A DNA stretch of 64,000 nt from Paraspadella gotoi (lineage: Eukaryota; Animalia; Chaetognatha), in contig CM119267.1 of assembly GCA_051294375.1 (NCBI GenBank), forward strand, positions 25,931,293 to 25,995,292, read 5' to 3'. Every line of letters begins with the position of its first letter. Positions within the stretch are counted from its first letter, which is position 1. Shown here one piece after another: positions 61,501-64,000 of this stretch. The position numbers and the translations under genes are program-made. The notes beneath the pieces were generated by a model, which searched no databases, was not told where the DNA came from, and saw nothing but the letters and a program-made list of their open reading frames with translations.

Positions 61501-62468
61501 CCTTCGTCAGCTTTCGCTTCTTGGGCTTCGTTTTCTTGCCACCCTAAAAAAGCGGGTTTTTTTAGCCGCAGAATCGAGGGATTTTTGAAGGACATGTTGA
61601 GGCATCCGCAAGTGGTCGCAGTGGGTGAAACGGGACTCGACTATTCTTACCTTTCAGGTTTGTGTGACGAAAGAGAGACAGACAGACAGCGATATTAAGC
61701 GTATATTCTACACTAAGAACGTGACTTTTCGTCATTCAGGAAACCATCTCTCGCAAAAGGACAGGCAGGTTGAAGTCCTAAAAGCCCAAGCGCGGATCGC
61801 GGCAGAGGCTCATTACCCTCTCGTCATCCACGTGCGCGACGTCAATCAGTCACGGCGCACAGCTCACTATGACACCGTGGCGGCGATTAAAGATTTGGTG
61901 CCGCCTGATCAGAATATACATTGTCATTGTTTTACCGGTGGAAATCAGGAGTGAGTGTTGAGGCTTGGCGGGTGGGCGGGGGATCGCAGAGCTTTAATTA
62001 GAAGAATGATTAATAAAATTAAGTAGAAATACACAGGCGAATTAGTATTCATGCCCAATCAAGAAATCATAAAACGGGGTTTTTTTTATCGTGTTCATAA
62101 TTTTGAATTTTTTTTATATTCTCTTCCCTCAATATTTCCCTCTATTTTTTAGCTACAAAATATGGAAGAATGCGTTTAGCAACGTCGCATTCGGCTTCAC
62201 TAACTTGATTGGGTACACGTGGCCCAGAGAGACGAGGGAATTGGCTGCCGAAATTCCACTGGAAGACTTGCTCCTCGAAACGGATGCCCCCTTCATGGTT
62301 CCGCGCTGGCCAGTGCCACCGGCTTCGACCCAAAAAGTCTCCTTTCCCGGAATGGCCCTCTGCGTCGCCCAAGCGATCAAAGACCTTCGTTTAGATGGCT
62401 CAACGTGCACTCAGATTTTGAAGGCCTCAACCCAAAACGCCCAAAGAATTTACGGACTCACTCTTTGA
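55560..62468 (+). CDS. TATDN2: TatD-family nuclease with long low-complexity N-terminus (TATDN2-like)
   Basis: Phase-consistent exons 55560-56565 (start may instead be the ATG at 55908), 57046-57662, 60889-61024, 61103-61392, 61480-61657, 61740-61950 and 62153-62468 (TGA). Motifs: IDSHCHLD, CHP, VAVGETGLDY, PLVIHVRD, HCFTG, LLLETDAP. The paralogue call rests on the N-terminal extension and the CHP/HCF motifs. Confidence 0.88.
58097..59338. mobile_element. Foldback MITE with CAC...GTG termini and 4-bp TSD (Chapaev-like)
   Basis: CACGGTAGGGCAGAG ... CTCTGCCCTACCGTG, inverted repeats of ~450 bp, and CAGT duplicated at 58093-58096 and 59339-59342. Confidence 0.82.
59768..59940 (-). mobile_element. 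tRNA(Gly)-derived SINE-like repeat (family B), homologous to the TRIM LTR core
   Basis: Minus strand GCATTGGTGCCGGAGG...TCGCCTCCCAACCC...GGGTTCTAGCCCGG resembles tRNA-Gly(CCC); inverted partner at 60191-60350. Confidence 0.7.
60191..60350 (+). mobile_element. tRNA(Gly)-derived SINE-like repeat (family B)
   Basis: Inverted homolog of 59768-59940 with a small internal deletion. Confidence 0.7.
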
Positions 62469-62850
62469 CTCTGATTAAAATTGATTTCAGTGGTGATCTT
62501 ATTGATTATAACTCGGGATATCAACTTTTTCTCGCCCGTCTAAGTTGGGGGAAAGGGATTAAAAAAAGAGTTTTTTAACGAAACCAGAAAAATGAAAATC
62601 AAAATGACTTGGTCTCACATTTTCGTTAAGAAATTCTAATTTTTCATTCCTTTTCCAAATATTTTTTTCTTGTTAATTATTATAGTCTAGTTTCTGCTCT
62701 ATTATTGATTTTGTCAGCTCGATCGGTTGCTAAAGGAAAAAAGAAAATTTTCTTTAAACCAGGTCTTAAAACAGCAACAACAACAAGAACAGCTCTTTTT
62801 TACCCCTTCGCTCTTTCGAGTCTCAATCGTGGACGCGGGACAAAGAAATT

Positions 62851-63965
62851 ATGTCCTTTGCTAACTCTTCTGGTCCCGAAGGACAACAAGGGAATAAACG
62901 CCTGCGAGTCGACGACGACGGCAACGCCGTTCCTACAATGGTTCGCCAATCCCCGACGTTCAGTTTTTCATTGGATACAAAAAATTATTCTCTTTTTTTT
63001 TTCCCCGTGGTGTTTTTCCATAGATGGACTTCGAAGAGGAAGACAAATCCCGGAAGCAAGATCGCCGCAACGACGACCACCGCGTCGAGCCTTCTCCCGT
63101 GGTTCACGTTCGATCCCTGCACCCGTCGGTGATTGAGGCAGACCTGTGGGACACTCTCAGCGCCTGGGGCAAGATCAACAACATCTTCATGATGACTCAG
63201 AAGCATCAAGGTGAGCCTCGCTTATCATTTAAAATCTAGATTCGTCTTTCAATGGACAAAAACGAATATCCTTAAGAAAACGTGTTATCAAATAATAGTA
63301 CATGGCCATTGGCCAATGATGTCTCAATTGTTTATATTTTCAGCATTGGTGGAGTTTGAACATTTAAATTCGGCGATGAGTCTCGTTCGGACGGCGAGAA
63401 AGGAAGTGGTCAATATTCGTCAATACCCCACCCTCTTCAATTTCTCTAAGAGTAAGAAGATTGAACTTCCGATTCGTCACAATGAAATCGATCAGAGGCA
63501 AGTCTTTACCATTTATCAATATTAAAAATTATTATTATCCCATTCAAGATTCCAGTAATTTGCCTGAACTGAATTGAAGGCACTGTTGCTGCTACTTTTT
63601 GTTTGTTTTTTAGCACTTTATTTTTTTCAGGCGTGGGGAAGAAAAAGAACACAACGTTTTGTTATTCACCATCAGGAAACCCATGTACCCCATCACTGTG
63701 GTGAGAGATTTGTTCAATGATTAGTTAATTTAAAGTTGTTGGTAGATTTTAATTGTATCAGATTAATTTGTTTTAATTCTAGGATGTGATGCACACGATT
63801 TGTAAATCATTTGGTCGAATCCTGCGCATCGTCGTTTTCCGTAAATCTGTCCTTCAGTCTATGGTTGAGTTTGAAGAAGTGAAAGCCGCCGTCGCTGCCC
63901 TCAAAGAACTCAATGGCGCCGACATCTACTCGGGATGTTGCACCCTCAAAGTCGAATACGCCAAG
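62851..63965 (+). CDS. HNRNPL: Heterogeneous nuclear ribonucleoprotein L / smooth, 5' part (RRM1-RRM2); continues beyond the window
   Basis: Exons 62851-62940, 63024-63210, 63344-63497, 63631-63700 and 63783-63965. Motifs: SPVVHVRSL, QALVEFE, FNFSKSKKI, NVLLFTI..PMYPITVDV, LNGADIYSGCCTLKVEYAK. Confidence 0.95.
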
Positions 63966-64000
63966 GTAAGTTCTTGTTGCCTTTTCGTTTTGATACTGTG

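Overview
AT-rich, repeat-dense animal (probably invertebrate) genomic DNA with a 25-N gap at 20655-20679. Indel noise in the first ~27 kb looks like low-coverage long-read error. Manual exon phasing gives four co-oriented (+) spliced genes: a SLAIN-motif microtubule plus-end protein (~5045-33111, 5' end not seen), ORC5 (34167-55466), a TATDN2-like TatD nuclease (55560-62468) and hnRNP L/smooth (62851 to beyond the window end). The introns are full of mobile DNA: two near-full-length Penelope-like retroelements plus fragments, some carrying minimal hammerhead ribozymes; a BEL/Pao pol remnant; many Helentron/DINE-1-type non-autonomous elements with internal 18-bp satellites; hAT-, Chapaev- and TTAA-type MITEs; and tRNA-derived SINE-like repeats. 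The most unusual items are a 660-bp TRIM whose LTRs contain a tRNA-derived Pol III-type cassette (Cassandra-like, but tRNA rather than 5S), a 1.9-kb palindrome built from TTAGGG-containing minisatellites, three sense-strand hammerheads in the SLAIN pre-mRNA, two structured intronic ncRNA candidates, and an operon-like ORC5-TatD junction. All family calls come from motif recognition by eye; no database searches were run.
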